Assembly (NCBI GenBank): GCA_963707915.1
Contig: OY970178.1
Location: 3,200,001 to 3,264,000, forward strand
Direction: 5' to 3'
Source: Candidatus Eiseniibacteriota bacterium
GTDB lineage: Bacteria > Eisenbacteria > RBG-16-71-46
Length of the DNA: 64,000 nucleotides
Part shown: one piece after another, positions 39,952 to 49,889 of the stretch
Layout: every line of letters begins with the position of its first letter
How positions within the stretch are numbered: position 1 is the stretch's first letter
Translations under genes and position numbers: made by a program
Notes under the pieces: model-generated
Told to the model about the DNA's origin: nothing
The model's database searches: none
What the model saw: the letters and a program-made list of their open reading frames with translations, nothing else

Positions 39952-40581
39952 GTGGAGCGCTGGCGCCGGCTCGCCCGGGAACAGGCGGAACTGGTCGGTG
40001 ACGCGCTCGCGGTGGCCGGCGTGGACGAGGTCGGCCGCGGCCCGCTGGCCGGGCCGGTGGTGGCCGCCGCGGTGGTGCTGGACGAGCGGTGCGGGTGGGA
40101 CGGGGTGAACGACAGCAAGAAGCTCTCGCCCGCCGCGCGCGAAGCGGTCTACGCCCGGGTCCTCCAGGAGGCCCGGGCGTTCTCGTGGGCGGTGGTGGGG
40201 CCGCGCGTCATCGACCAGCTCAACATCCGCCAGGCCAGCCTCGAGGCCATGCGCCGGGCGGTCGCGCAGTTGCCGCTCGCCCCGGACCTGGTGCTGGTGG
40301 ACGGCAACGACCGCGTGCCCGGCCTCGCCTGCCGCCAACGTTCGGTGATCTCGGGCGACGCGCGACTGCTCTCGGTGGCCGCGGCCTCGGTCGTGGCCAA
40401 GGTGGTCCGCGACCGCATCATGGAGCGCCTGGATGCCGTGTGGCCCGACTACGGCTTCGCCCGCCACAAGGGCTACGGCACGCCCGAGCACCTCGCCGCC
40501 CTGGACCGCTTCGGGCCCTGCGCGCTGCACCGCTTCTCCTTCGCGCCGGTGCGCGTGCAACGCACGGCGCTCATCCCCTAG
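39952..40581 (+). CDS. rnhB: Ribonuclease HII
   Basis: AGVDEVGRGPLAGPVVAAAV, DSKKL, LVDGN, GDA...VAAASVVAKV.RD, HKGYGT..H, HRFSF. Confidence 0.97.
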   Translation: MERWRRLAREQAELVGDALAVAGVDEVGRGPLAGPVVAAAVVLDERCGWDGVNDSKKLSPAAREAVYARVLQEARAFSWAVVGPRVIDQLNIRQASLEAMRRAVAQLPLAPDLVLVDGNDRVPGLACRQRSVISGDARLLSVAAASVVAKVVRDRIMERLDAVWPDYGFARHKGYGTPEHLAALDRFGPCALHRFSFAPVRVQRTALIP

Positions 40582-40629
40582 AATCGGCCGCGAGGGGTCG
40601 CCCCCGCGCCGCCCCCGGGGAGCGGCATC

Positions 40630-40983
40630 ATGGGACTGGCACAACAGCGCGGCCGGGCGGGCGAGACGCTGGCTGCCGCCTACCTCGAGCTCGCGGGGCT
40701 CGAGGTGACACGGCGCAACGTGCGGCTCGCGGGGGTCGAGGTGGACCTGGTGGCGCGCGAAGGCCGCACGCGGGTGGTGGTCGAGGTGAAGCTGCGCAAT
40801 CGCGCGGACTACGGCGGCGCGGCCGGGGCGGTGGACGAGCGCAAGCGCGAGCGGCTGCGGCGCGCGGCGCTGGCACTGCTGGGCGAGGAGGGAGGACCGG
40901 TGCGGGTGGACGTCGTGGCGATGGAACTCTCGGCCGAGGGGCTGACGTTGCGGCACGTCCGCGACGCGGTCCAGGGCGCCTGA
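40630..40983 (+). CDS. yraN: YraN family (UPF0102) nuclease
   Basis: GRAGE..AA.YL...G, EVDLVA, VEVKLR, AVD.RK..RL, R.DVV; follows rnhB. Confidence 0.9.
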   Translation: MGLAQQRGRAGETLAAAYLELAGLEVTRRNVRLAGVEVDLVAREGRTRVVVEVKLRNRADYGGAAGAVDERKRERLRRAALALLGEEGGPVRVDVVAMELSAEGLTLRHVRDAVQGA

Positions 40984-40987
40984 GCCG

Positions 40988-42328
40988 ATGAGGATCCCGC
41001 GCCTGCGGGTCTCGCGGCGGCTGCGCGTGCGGATCCGCGCCCAGTGGCGCTGGTGGCGCGCCCGCTGGCGCGGCACCGCGCGCGGCGAGGTGCTGTTCCC
41101 GCCGGTCGGCCACGGCATGGTCGCGGTGGAGACCCTGGTGGGCTCGAGCGCCGAGCCCGGCAGCCCCAGCGCCACGGCGGGGCCGCGCATCGCCGTGCTC
41201 CACGCCACCGCGGGCAGCGGCCACAAGCGGGCGGCCGAGGCGCTGGCCGCGGCGGTCGCCGCGCTCGATCCGGCGGCCACGGTGCGCGAGGTGGACACTC
41301 TGGTGTTCGCCTCGCGTCTCTACCGGGGCACCTACGCGGCGTCGTACAACACCATGGCCCGGCACGCGCCGCGGCTGTGGGGGGCGCTCTACCACTCCTG
41401 GGCGATGGCCCCGGTGAACCGCAGCACCGCGCCGGTGCGGCTCACGCTCGACCGGCTCAACCTGCGCCGCCTGGTGCGCGTGGTCGAGCGCGAGGAACCG
41501 TGCGCGGTGGTGTGCACGCATTTCCTGCCGGTCGAGGCGCTCTCGCCGCGGCGCGGCCGCGGGCTGGGGGCACCGCTCTACTGCGTCATCACCGACTTCG
41601 GGGCGCACCCGTTCTGGGTGTTCCCCCACGTGGACCGCTACTTCGTCGCGGCCGAGGCGGTGGCGGACGAGCTGGCGGGGCGGGGCGTGCCGCGCGAGCG
41701 CATCGAGGTGACGGGCATCCCGGTGGACCCGCGCTTCGCGCGCCGGATCGGCCGCGAGGCGGCGCGGGCGCACTTCGGTCTCGACCCCGGGCGGCCGCTG
41801 GTGCTGGTGATGGGCGGGGGCAGCGGCGTGGGGCCGCTGGGCGGGCTGGCGGAGCGCCTCATCGGGATCGCGCGGGACGCCCAGGTGCTGGTGGTGTGCG
41901 GCACCAACGCGAGGCTGCGCGACGAGATCGACCAACTGCCCGCCGGGCGCACCGGCCGCATCCGCACCCTGGGCTTCACGCAGGAGGTGGACGTGCTGCT
42001 CGAGGCCTGCGACGCGGTGGTGGGGAAGGCCGGCGGGCTGACCTGCTCGGAGGCCCTCATCAAGCGCGCCCCGCTCGTGGTCTTCAAGCCGACCCCGGGC
42101 CAGGAGGTGCGCAACGCGGAGTTCCTCGCCTCGGCCGGTGCGGCCGTCCTGGCGGAGTCGGTCGAGGAGGTCGCGACGACCGTCGAGCGCTGGCTCGCGG
42201 AACCGGCGGCGCGCGAGCGGGTGCGCGAGGCCCAGGCCCGCCTCGCCCGGCCCGACGCGGCCGAGGTCATCGCCCGCCGCGTGCTGGCCGACATCCGGGC
42301 CGCGGCGGAATCGCCCGGCCGGGGCTGA
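40988..42328 (+). CDS. MGDG synthase/UgtP-like diacylglycerol glycosyltransferase (GT28); alternative start 41117
   Basis: AGSGHKRAAEAL, VVCTHFLP, VITDF..H..W, VTGIPVDPRF, KAGGLTCSEA, PGQE.RNA.FL. Confidence 0.9.
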   Translation: MRIPRLRVSRRLRVRIRAQWRWWRARWRGTARGEVLFPPVGHGMVAVETLVGSSAEPGSPSATAGPRIAVLHATAGSGHKRAAEALAAAVAALDPAATVREVDTLVFASRLYRGTYAASYNTMARHAPRLWGALYHSWAMAPVNRSTAPVRLTLDRLNLRRLVRVVEREEPCAVVCTHFLPVEALSPRRGRGLGAPLYCVITDFGAHPFWVFPHVDRYFVAAEAVADELAGRGVPRERIEVTGIPVDPRFARRIGREAARAHFGLDPGRPLVLVMGGGSGVGPLGGLAERLIGIARDAQVLVVCGTNARLRDEIDQLPAGRTGRIRTLGFTQEVDVLLEACDAVVGKAGGLTCSEALIKRAPLVVFKPTPGQEVRNAEFLASAGAAVLAESVEEVATTVERWLAEPAARERVREAQARLARPDAAEVIARRVLADIRAAAESPGRG

Positions 42329-42365
42329 TCCGCGCCCCGGCGCGGCACCCGCGCCCGTCCGCGCG

Positions 42366-42394
42366 GTGACGGACGCGGCGGCGCGAGGTAGAAT
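42366..42394 (+). promoter_or_regulatory. Sigma70-type promoter
   Basis: GTGACG-N17-TAGAAT. Confidence 0.6.
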
Positions 42395-42452
42395 GCGCGC
42401 CGCTCCCGGTCCGCGGCGGACGCCGCGGACGCACGATCACCGGAGGAATCCG

Positions 42453-43145
42453 ATGAACCCGCGCCGCCCGCTCCAGTTGTCTGCCGCCGTCCTGGCCGTC
42501 ATCGCCACCATCGTCTGCACGCTGCCCGCCGGGGCCTCGGGGCACGTCGGCCTCTACGGCGTGCGCATGACGCCCCAGGGCAGCGATGCCCGCCCGTACA
42601 GTCGCGCCGGCTGGGGGGGCGGGCTGCAGGTCGTCGCCCCGGTGCGCCCGGCAGCGAACCTCCTGGCCGGGGTCCTGGGCGTCGAGTACGTGAACCTGCT
42701 GAGCGAGACCGTGGCGTTCCAGGACGCGGTCACCGGGCTGCGCGTCGAGCAGCAGACCTCGCAGCACTACGGCCGCGCCTACCTGGGGGCCCGCGCCGGG
42801 TTGCACGGCCACGAGTTCTTCCGGCCCTACGCGGGCGCGAACCTCAGCGTGAATTTCTACGGCATCTCGACCGACGTGGTGGTGCCGAACGACGCCGACC
42901 GCCAGAACGAGATCCGCCAGGGCCTGCGCTCCGAGAACCGCGCGGCCTTCGGCTACGACCTCACGCTGGGCGTGGACCTGGACATCGCCACCCGCTTCAA
43001 CCTGGACGGCGGCGTGCGCTACGTGCAGACGTTCAACGTGCCGCAGCAGCTGGGCGAGGGCTCGGTGCCCATCGACCCCGAGTACTTCCAGGTCTTCCTC
43101 GGCTTCGGGGTCTCGTTCGACGCCTTCGCCGCCCGCAGGCCGTAG
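42453..43145 (+). CDS. Outer-membrane beta-barrel protein (8-stranded, OmpA/OmpW-like)
   Basis: SD ggagg; signal peptide; amphipathic strands (RPYAGANL, FGYDLTLGVDL, YFQVFLGFGVSF). Confidence 0.75.
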   Translation: MNPRRPLQLSAAVLAVIATIVCTLPAGASGHVGLYGVRMTPQGSDARPYSRAGWGGGLQVVAPVRPAANLLAGVLGVEYVNLLSETVAFQDAVTGLRVEQQTSQHYGRAYLGARAGLHGHEFFRPYAGANLSVNFYGISTDVVVPNDADRQNEIRQGLRSENRAAFGYDLTLGVDLDIATRFNLDGGVRYVQTFNVPQQLGEGSVPIDPEYFQVFLGFGVSFDAFAARRP

Positions 43146-43157
43146 GAGGCCAGGCCG

Positions 43158-43646
43158 GTGCCCAGGATCCTCGTTCGCGACTTCACGGTCCCCGAGACCT
43201 CGATCGACGTGAACCGTCACGTCAACCACCTCGAATACCTGCGCTGGATGCAGGACGTCGCCATCGAGCACTCGTCCGCCCGGGGCTGGACGCGGGAGCG
43301 CTACGAGGCGGCGCGCATCGCCTGGGTGGTGCGCTCGCAGTCGATCGAGTACCTGCGCCCGGCCTTCGCCGGGGACGCCCTCTCGCTGCTCACCTGGGTG
43401 GCGGACCTGCGCTCGCGCAGCTCGCTGCGCAAGTACCTGGTCTGGAGGAGGAGCGACCGGCAGGTCCTGGCGCAGGCCGAGACGCGGTGGGTCCTCGTGG
43501 AAGGCGGCACCGGCCGGGCGCGCGCCATCCCCGAGGAGCTGCGCTCCGCGTTCGAGGTGGTCTCCGACCCGGACGAGGTGATGCGCCTGCTCCACGAAGG
43601 CGGTGCGGCCCGCCCGCCCGCCCCGGCGGAGGCCGCCGATGCATAG
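43158..43646 (+). CDS. Acyl-CoA/acyl-ACP thioesterase (hotdog, 4HBT-like)
   Basis: IDVNRHVNHLEYLRWMQD, WVVRSQSIEYLRPAF.GD. Confidence 0.9.
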   Translation: MPRILVRDFTVPETSIDVNRHVNHLEYLRWMQDVAIEHSSARGWTRERYEAARIAWVVRSQSIEYLRPAFAGDALSLLTWVADLRSRSSLRKYLVWRRSDRQVLAQAETRWVLVEGGTGRARAIPEELRSAFEVVSDPDEVMRLLHEGGAARPPAPAEAADA

Positions 43647-43712
43647 GCCGGATCCGCTCATCCGTCGTCTCGAACGCGGGCTTCGGGCCCGGGATCACGA
43701 GGGAGGCCGCCC

Positions 43713-44336
43713 ATGAACCCGCTCACGACCGGACTGCTGGTGGTGGTTGGCGTCGCGCTGGCCGCGTGGCTCCTGCGCCGTTTCTCGGGGGACGAGGGCA
43801 TCGACCGGGAAGCGCTGGCGGGGCGCGTGGCGCCGCCGGCCTCCGGGCCCGCGGACGAGCCCGAGGAGGAGGAGGAGGAGGGCGGCGAGGCCGGGCTGGC
43901 GGCCATCACCTCGGACGGCCTGATGTTCATCCCCTTCGAGAACGGCGTGCAACTGCTGATCCCGGCGAGCCGCGAGGAGCTGGCCGAGGAGCTCGCGACC
44001 CAGGCGGTCTCGCGCGGCCGCGTGGCCGGCATGCTCTCGTGCGGCGACCTCGGCGCGGCGCGCGTGGTGCGCGGGGCGCCCGGGGTCGACCCGTGGCGGC
44101 TCGAGGCGCTGGGCCGCGACCGGGAGTACCTGTCGTGGGGCTTCGAGACCGAGGACGCCGCGCGGGCGGCGCTCGACCTGCTCGAGCGCATCGTGGTGCG
44201 CGCGCCGACGGACGGGGATGGGGAGCCGCAGATCGCCGGCGCCGCGGATTTCGCGGAGGCGCGGCGGGTCCACGAGGAGACCGAGAAGGAGCTGGCGATG
44301 ATGCCGGACGAGGAAGACTCCGAGGAGCCGAGGTGA
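43713..44336 (+). CDS. Hypothetical acidic protein with an N-terminal TM anchor
   Basis: SD ggagg; TM helix; poly-Glu tract; GC3-rich codon usage. Confidence 0.7.
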   Translation: MNPLTTGLLVVVGVALAAWLLRRFSGDEGIDREALAGRVAPPASGPADEPEEEEEEGGEAGLAAITSDGLMFIPFENGVQLLIPASREELAEELATQAVSRGRVAGMLSCGDLGAARVVRGAPGVDPWRLEALGRDREYLSWGFETEDAARAALDLLERIVVRAPTDGDGEPQIAGAADFAEARRVHEETEKELAMMPDEEDSEEPR

Positions 44337-45007
44337 CCCGGCTGTTCCTGCTGCTCGGGGTCGTGCTCCTGCAGCTCAATCCCGAGGTCACCGGCAACCC
44401 CCGCACCCGGGGCGAGCGGCTGCACGTCATGGACGAGGCCGAGGTGGACTCGCTCGCGCCCACGACCGGGCTCCGGGTTCCCGTGCTGGTCGAGGCGCTC
44501 GAGGGCCTGCCCGCGGCGAAGGCGGAGCACGAGGCGTTCCTCAAGGGGTTCCGCGGGGCGTTCCAGGAGCGCGAGCTCCCCACCGAGCGGGTCGCGAAGC
44601 GGACCGGGCAGGTGAGCCCGGGGTCCCCGCTGCGCAACGGGCTCCGGCTCGCGGAAGGGGTGGACGAGAAGGGGGCGTGGAGCGTGCGGGTGCGGCTCGA
44701 TTGGCTCGCGGCCCCGGACAGCGCCGGCGATTCGCTGGCCCGCGCCTGGCCCGGGCGGAGTGCGCGCCTGACGGTCACCGCCGGCTGGCCCGAGGGGACG
44801 CGGCTCCCGCCGCCGGCGGTCCCGCGCGTCGATTGGCTGCGCTTCCCGGCCGGGCACCCGGTGGACGCGGCCTATTACCAGCACGCCGGCTGGCAGGTGG
44901 GCTTCGTGGCGCTCGAGGCGGTGCTGCGCGCGAAGGGCGAGCTGGGCGACGACCAGCGCCTGCGGCTCGAGGACACGCGCCGCCTCGCACCGGCCGCGAC
45001 CCGATGA
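44333..45007 (+). CDS. Hypothetical exported protein
   Basis: GTGA coupling with SD gaggag; hydrophobic N-terminus; ATGA overlap with the next gene. Confidence 0.65.
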   Translation: MTRLFLLLGVVLLQLNPEVTGNPRTRGERLHVMDEAEVDSLAPTTGLRVPVLVEALEGLPAAKAEHEAFLKGFRGAFQERELPTERVAKRTGQVSPGSPLRNGLRLAEGVDEKGAWSVRVRLDWLAAPDSAGDSLARAWPGRSARLTVTAGWPEGTRLPPPAVPRVDWLRFPAGHPVDAAYYQHAGWQVGFVALEAVLRAKGELGDDQRLRLEDTRRLAPAATR

Positions 45008-46206
45008 GCGCCATGGCGCCGGCGGACGGCATGAGGTGGGCCGCGGCGTCCTCGCAGCTGCCCGACACCGTTGCCGCCGCGGCCGAGGCCGCCGGCGCGC
45101 TCGCCGCCGCGATCGGCGAGGGCCCGGTCGACCTCGTGCTCGCGTTCTTCAGTGCGCACCACGTCGCCGCGGCCGAGTCGCTCGCGCAGGCGCTGCAGGA
45201 GCGCCTGCGCCCCGGCTGCCTCGCCGGTGCGAGCGGCAACGGGGTGGTGACGAGCGAGCACGAGATCGAGGGCGCGCCTGCGCTGGCCCTGCTCGCCGCG
45301 CGCCTGCCGGGGGTCACGGTCGCCCCGTTCGTGCTGGTGCGGGAGGGCTGGGACGCGGCGCTCAGCGACCCGGCCGTCTTCGCGCAGATGGCCCCCGGGC
45401 TGGCGGGGGCGGAGCTGGTGCTGGTGCTGGGCGATCCCTTCAGTCTGCAGACGGCGGGCCTGTTCGCCGCCTGCCAGCGCCATGCTGCGGGCGTGCGGCT
45501 GGTGGGCGGGTTCACCAGCGTCGCGCCGCGGCCCGGCTCGGACGCGTTGTTCCTCAACGACTGGGTCGCCGGTGGCGGGGGGGTGGCGGTGGCGCTCGCG
45601 GGGGACATCCGCGCCGACGTGGTGGTCTCGCAGGGCTGCCGGGCGATCGGGCCGCCGCTCACCGTGACCCGGGGCGAAGGCAACGTGGTCGCCGAGTTCG
45701 ACGGCCGCCCCGCGCTCGAGCGGGTCGAGGAGGTGCTCCGCGACTTGCCCGAGGGCGAGCACGAACGGCTCCAGCGCGGGCTCTACGTGGGGCTGCCGGT
45801 CCGGCCTGACGCGGAGGGCCGCGGCGACTACCTGATCCGCGCGCTGCTGGGTGGCGACCGCGCGCGCGGCCTGATCGCGGTGGGCGACCGGATCGCGGTC
45901 GGCCAGCAGGTCCGGCTCCACGCCCGCGACGCCGGGACCGCGCGCGAGGACCTGGAGATGCTGCTCTCGCCGCAGGCCTTCGACACCCCGGCGCGGGCCG
46001 CGCTGCTCTTCGCCTGCAGCGGCCGCGGCCGGGGGCTCTACGGCGCGCCGGACGGCGACCTCGGCCCGCTGCAGGCCGCGCTCGGCGGCGTGCCGGCGGC
46101 CGGCATGTTCTGCGCCGGCGAGATCGGTCCCGTCGGCGAGCGTAATTTCGTACACTGGCACACGGCGAGCATCGCCATCATCCGGCCGGGGGCGCCCCGG
46201 CGCTGA
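45004..46206 (+). CDS. FIST N/C domain protein (NosP-like sensor)
   Basis: DLVLAFFS.HH, DPFS, VVSQGCRAIG, VTRGEGN...E.DG.PAL, LLFAC.GRG, GMFCAGEIGP. Confidence 0.9.
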   Translation: MSAMAPADGMRWAAASSQLPDTVAAAAEAAGALAAAIGEGPVDLVLAFFSAHHVAAAESLAQALQERLRPGCLAGASGNGVVTSEHEIEGAPALALLAARLPGVTVAPFVLVREGWDAALSDPAVFAQMAPGLAGAELVLVLGDPFSLQTAGLFAACQRHAAGVRLVGGFTSVAPRPGSDALFLNDWVAGGGGVAVALAGDIRADVVVSQGCRAIGPPLTVTRGEGNVVAEFDGRPALERVEEVLRDLPEGEHERLQRGLYVGLPVRPDAEGRGDYLIRALLGGDRARGLIAVGDRIAVGQQVRLHARDAGTAREDLEMLLSPQAFDTPARAALLFACSGRGRGLYGAPDGDLGPLQAALGGVPAAGMFCAGEIGPVGERNFVHWHTASIAIIRPGAPRR

Positions 46207-46429
46207 GCGGCCGGCCCAGTCCGATCACGCGGCATCGCCCCCGGCGCGGGGGATGCCGGCGCGCGCCGCGGCGCGCGGAGCGGTCACCCGGCGCATGGTC
46301 CCGCGGGGAGGCGCGGGAACGCCAGGCCTGTCCTGTCCGGGGTGATCCGGACGGTTCCGGAGCGCATCCAACCGTAGTCCGCAACCCCGTCCCATCCTTC
46401 CTACCCCCGGGCCGCCGCGAGGTAGTTCC

Positions 46430-47638
46430 ATGAGCACGTATCCCGACGTCTTCATCGTGGGCGCGGCACGCACGCCCATCGGCCGCTTCCTCGGCGGACT
46501 GGCGGGCCTCAAGGCCTCCGACCTGGGCGCGGTCGCGATCCGCGCGGCCATGAAACGCGCCGGCGTGACCGGCGAGCAGGTGGACGAGGTGCTCATGGGG
46601 CACGTCGTCCAGGGCGGGCAGGGGCAGGCGCCCGCGCGCCAGGCCCTGATCAAGGCCGGCATCGCCCCGACGGTGGGCGCGGTCGCCATCAACAAGGTGT
46701 GCGGCTCGGGGCTCAAGACCGTCATGCTGGGTGCGCAGGCCATCAAGGCCGGTGACGCCGGGTGCGTGGTGGCGGGCGGGCAGGAGAGCATGAGCACCGC
46801 CCCGCACTACCTGCTCAGCGGCCGCAACGGCACCAAGCTCGGCGACGTGACGCTCCGGGACGGGGCGGTCTTCGACGGGCTGTGGTGCTCGTTCAACGAC
46901 GCCCACATGATCGAGCTCGCCCAGTACACCGCCGTGAAGGCCGGGCTCAAGCGCGAGGAGCTCGACGTCTACGCGCTCGGCAGCCAGCAGAAGGCGGCGG
47001 CCGCCTGGGCGGCGGGCAAGTTCGCGGCGGAGATCGCCGAGGTCGCGATCCCGCAGCGCAAGGGCGACCCGGTGGTGGTCGCGAAGGACGAGTCGCCGCG
47101 TGCGGACACCACGCTCGAGGGGCTGGCGAGGCTGGGGCCGGTGACGAAGGACAAGGGAGGCGTGATCACCGCCGGCAACGCCCCGGGCCTGAACGACGGC
47201 GGCGCGGCCGTCGTGCTGATGAGCGGCGAGCGGGCGAAGGCGGCGGGGGCGAAGCCGCTCGCGCGGGTCGTGGCGTACGCGACCGGCGGCACGGACCCCA
47301 AGGACCTGTTCTTCGCGCCGATCGACGCGGTCCAGCGGCTGATGAAGCAGATGGGCGTGGGGATCGGCCACTTCGACCTGGTCGAGGCCAACGAGGCGTT
47401 CGCGGCGCAGGCGCTGGCCGACGGCCGCGCGCTGGGCTGGGACTGGGGGCGGGTGAACGTGAACGGCGGCGCGATCGCGCTCGGCCACCCGATCGGGGCC
47501 TCGGGCACGCGCATCCTGGTGACGCTGCTGTACGCGTTGCAGGACCGGGGCCTCAAGACCGGTCTCGCCACGCTGTGCCTGGGCGGCGGCAACGCGGTGG
47601 CGCTGGCCATCGAACGGATCCAGGGGGAGGCACGATGA
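46430..47638 (+). CDS. atoB: Acetyl-CoA C-acetyltransferase (thiolase)
   Basis: RTPIG, NKVCGSGL, GGQESMS, TAGNA..NDG, EANEAFA, NVNGGAIALGHPIGASG, LCLGGG. Confidence 0.95.
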   Translation: MSTYPDVFIVGAARTPIGRFLGGLAGLKASDLGAVAIRAAMKRAGVTGEQVDEVLMGHVVQGGQGQAPARQALIKAGIAPTVGAVAINKVCGSGLKTVMLGAQAIKAGDAGCVVAGGQESMSTAPHYLLSGRNGTKLGDVTLRDGAVFDGLWCSFNDAHMIELAQYTAVKAGLKREELDVYALGSQQKAAAAWAAGKFAAEIAEVAIPQRKGDPVVVAKDESPRADTTLEGLARLGPVTKDKGGVITAGNAPGLNDGGAAVVLMSGERAKAAGAKPLARVVAYATGGTDPKDLFFAPIDAVQRLMKQMGVGIGHFDLVEANEAFAAQALADGRALGWDWGRVNVNGGAIALGHPIGASGTRILVTLLYALQDRGLKTGLATLCLGGGNAVALAIERIQGEAR

Positions 47639-48544
47639 CCACGACGAGCATCACGCCGGGAGACGGCGCGTCTGCCGCGGTGAGGAAGGTCGCCGTCGTC
47701 GGCGGCGGCACCATGGGGAACGGCATCGCGCAGACGTTCGCCACCTCGGGCTTCGAGGTCGAGCTGGTGGACGTGAAGCCCGAGTTCGTCGAGCGCGCGC
47801 TGGGCGCGATCGCGAAGAGCCTCGAGCGCGTGGCGAAGAAGCAGGAATGGCCGGCGGAACGCGCGCCGGCGGTGATGGCGCGCATCCACGGCGGCACCAG
47901 CCTCGACGTCGCGAAGGACTGCGCGCTGGTGGTGGAGGCGGTCAACGAGGACTTCGGCGTCAAGCGGGCGATCTTCGAGCGGCTCGACGCCGTGGCCGCG
48001 CCGGGGACGATCTTCGCGAGCAACACCTCGAGCATCTCGATCACCGCGATCGCGGCGCTCACCCGGCGCCCGGGCCAGGTCATCGGCATGCACTTCATGA
48101 ACCCGGTGCCGGTCATGGCGCTGGTGGAGATCATCCGCGGCCTCGCCACCAGCGACGCCACGTTCGCGGTGGTCGCCGACGTGACGGCGCGCCTGGGCAA
48201 GACGCCGGTCGAGGTGAACGACTCGCCCGGGCTTCGTCTCGAACCGCATCCTGATGCCGATGATCAACGAGGCGTGCTACGCGCTGATGGAGGGCGTCGC
48301 CTCGAAGGAGGCCATCGACACGGTGATGAAGCTGGGCATGGCGCACCCGATGGGGCCGCTGCAGCTGGCCGACCTGATCGGGCTCGACGTCTGCCTGAGC
48401 ATCATGGAGGTGCTGCACCAGGGCCTGGGCGACTCGAAGTACCGCCCCTGCCCGCTGCTGCGCAGGCTGGTCGCGGCCGGGCACCTGGGGCGCAAGAGCG
48501 GACGCGGCTTCTACGAGTACCCGGAGGCCCCGAAGAAGGCGTAG
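47635..48544 (+). CDS. hbd: 3-hydroxybutyryl-CoA dehydrogenase; one extra base at ~48226-48231
   Basis: [34 protein letters not shown], then +1 frame [39 protein letters not shown]. Confidence 0.93.
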
Positions 48545-48561
48545 TCCGCACCCCGCGGCGC

Positions 48562-48589
48562 CACGCCCCGGTCGCACGGCCGGGGCGTG
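48562..48589 (+). terminator. GC-rich hairpin after hbd (no U tract)
   Basis: CACGCCCCGG-N8-CCGGGGCGTG. Confidence 0.35.
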
Positions 48590-48686
48590 ACCGCGCCGGC
48601 CGCGGGGCCGGGTCTGCTATCATGGACGGCCGTCGGGGCATCACCCGGCCGCCGCGCATGGGAACCCTCTGTCCCCTGGAGCACTC

Positions 48687-49808
48687 ATGTCGAAAGTCGC
48701 CGTTCTGCGCACCTCGCCCGAGACCGTGGTCCAGGACTATGGTCGCCTGATGGACCTCGCGGGCTATCGCCAGGTCCTGCCGTTCGACAAGCAGACCTGC
48801 CTGCGCATCAACATCTCCTGGCACGTCTACATGCCGGCCTGCTCGACCACGCCCTGGCAGATGCACGGGATCGTCGCGAAGCTCAAGGGCGACGGCTACG
48901 ACGTCTCGCGCGACCTGATCGCGGCGCAGAACGACACGGTCGTGGTCTCGTGCCGCGAGGGCGCGGTGAACAACCACCTGCAGCCGGTGCTCGACCACTT
49001 CCGGGTCCCGATCCAGTACCTGAGCGAGCCGCCCACGGAGTGGATCACCTACCAGCCGAAGTCGAAGATGCTGGTGCTCGACCGCGTGTTCGAGAAGCAG
49101 GGCATCCAGATCCCGAAGATGCTGATGGGCAAGAGCGTCATCCACATGCCCACGGTCAAGACCCACATCTTCACCGGCACCACCGGCTCGATGAAGAACG
49201 CCTTCGGCGGGCTGCTGAACCTCAACCGCCACTGGACGCACTCGGTCATCCACGAGACGCTGGTGGACCTGCTGCGGATCCAGAAGGAGATCCACCCGGG
49301 CATCCTCGCGGTGATGGACGGCACCATCGTCGGGGACGGCCCCGGCCCGCGCGCCATGCGGCCGCACGTCAAGAACTTCATCCTCGCCTCCGACGACTGC
49401 GTGGCGATCGACGCGGTCGCGGCGAAGATGATGGGCTTCGACCCGATGACCGACCTCAAGTTCATCCGCCTGGCCCACGAGCACGGCCTGGGCGTCGGCC
49501 GTCCCGAGGAGATCGAGATCGTCGGCGACGACATCCGGGGCGTGAATTTCGGTTTCCGCGGCTCGCTGGACGAGAACACCTTCGCCTCGTGGGGCCAGAA
49601 GCTCATCTACTGGGGGCCGCTGAAGCCGCTCGAGAACCTGTTGCTGCGCTCGCCCATCGTGCCCTGGAGCTACGCCGCCTCGCGGGCGTACCACGACGGC
49701 TACTGGTTCCCGGTCAAGGGCAAGCCGCGGGTGCGCGAGATCATGAAGACCGGCTGGGGCGAGCTGTTCCGCGCCTACGGCGACGGCCGGGCGCTGAAGC
49801 AGGGGTAG
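48687..49808 (+). CDS. DUF362 domain-containing protein
   Basis: NISW..PACSTTPWQ, PTVKTH..T.TGSMKNAFGG, DGT..G.GPGP, ILAS.D.VAIDAV...MGFDP. TGC-TATCAT promoter at ~48615-48623. Confidence 0.85.
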   Translation: MSKVAVLRTSPETVVQDYGRLMDLAGYRQVLPFDKQTCLRINISWHVYMPACSTTPWQMHGIVAKLKGDGYDVSRDLIAAQNDTVVVSCREGAVNNHLQPVLDHFRVPIQYLSEPPTEWITYQPKSKMLVLDRVFEKQGIQIPKMLMGKSVIHMPTVKTHIFTGTTGSMKNAFGGLLNLNRHWTHSVIHETLVDLLRIQKEIHPGILAVMDGTIVGDGPGPRAMRPHVKNFILASDDCVAIDAVAAKMMGFDPMTDLKFIRLAHEHGLGVGRPEEIEIVGDDIRGVNFGFRGSLDENTFASWGQKLIYWGPLKPLENLLLRSPIVPWSYAASRAYHDGYWFPVKGKPRVREIMKTGWGELFRAYGDGRALKQG

Positions 49809-49873
49809 CGGGCGATCCGCCCGCGCGCCTTCGCGGGCCGGGCCCGGCGGGGGCTGGCCGCGGGGCCGGCGAG

Positions 49874-49882
49874 TGCTAGATT
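49874..49882 (+). promoter_or_regulatory. Extended -10 promoter giving a leaderless transcript
   Basis: TG-C-TAGATT, 7 nt before ATG 49890; no SD. Confidence 0.6.
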
Positions 49883-49889
49883 CCCCGCC

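Noticed and set aside
43863..43881. (GAG)6 repeat, and 9-bp APT repeats at ~57065-57095
   Set aside because: In-frame low-complexity coding repeats with no switching potential.
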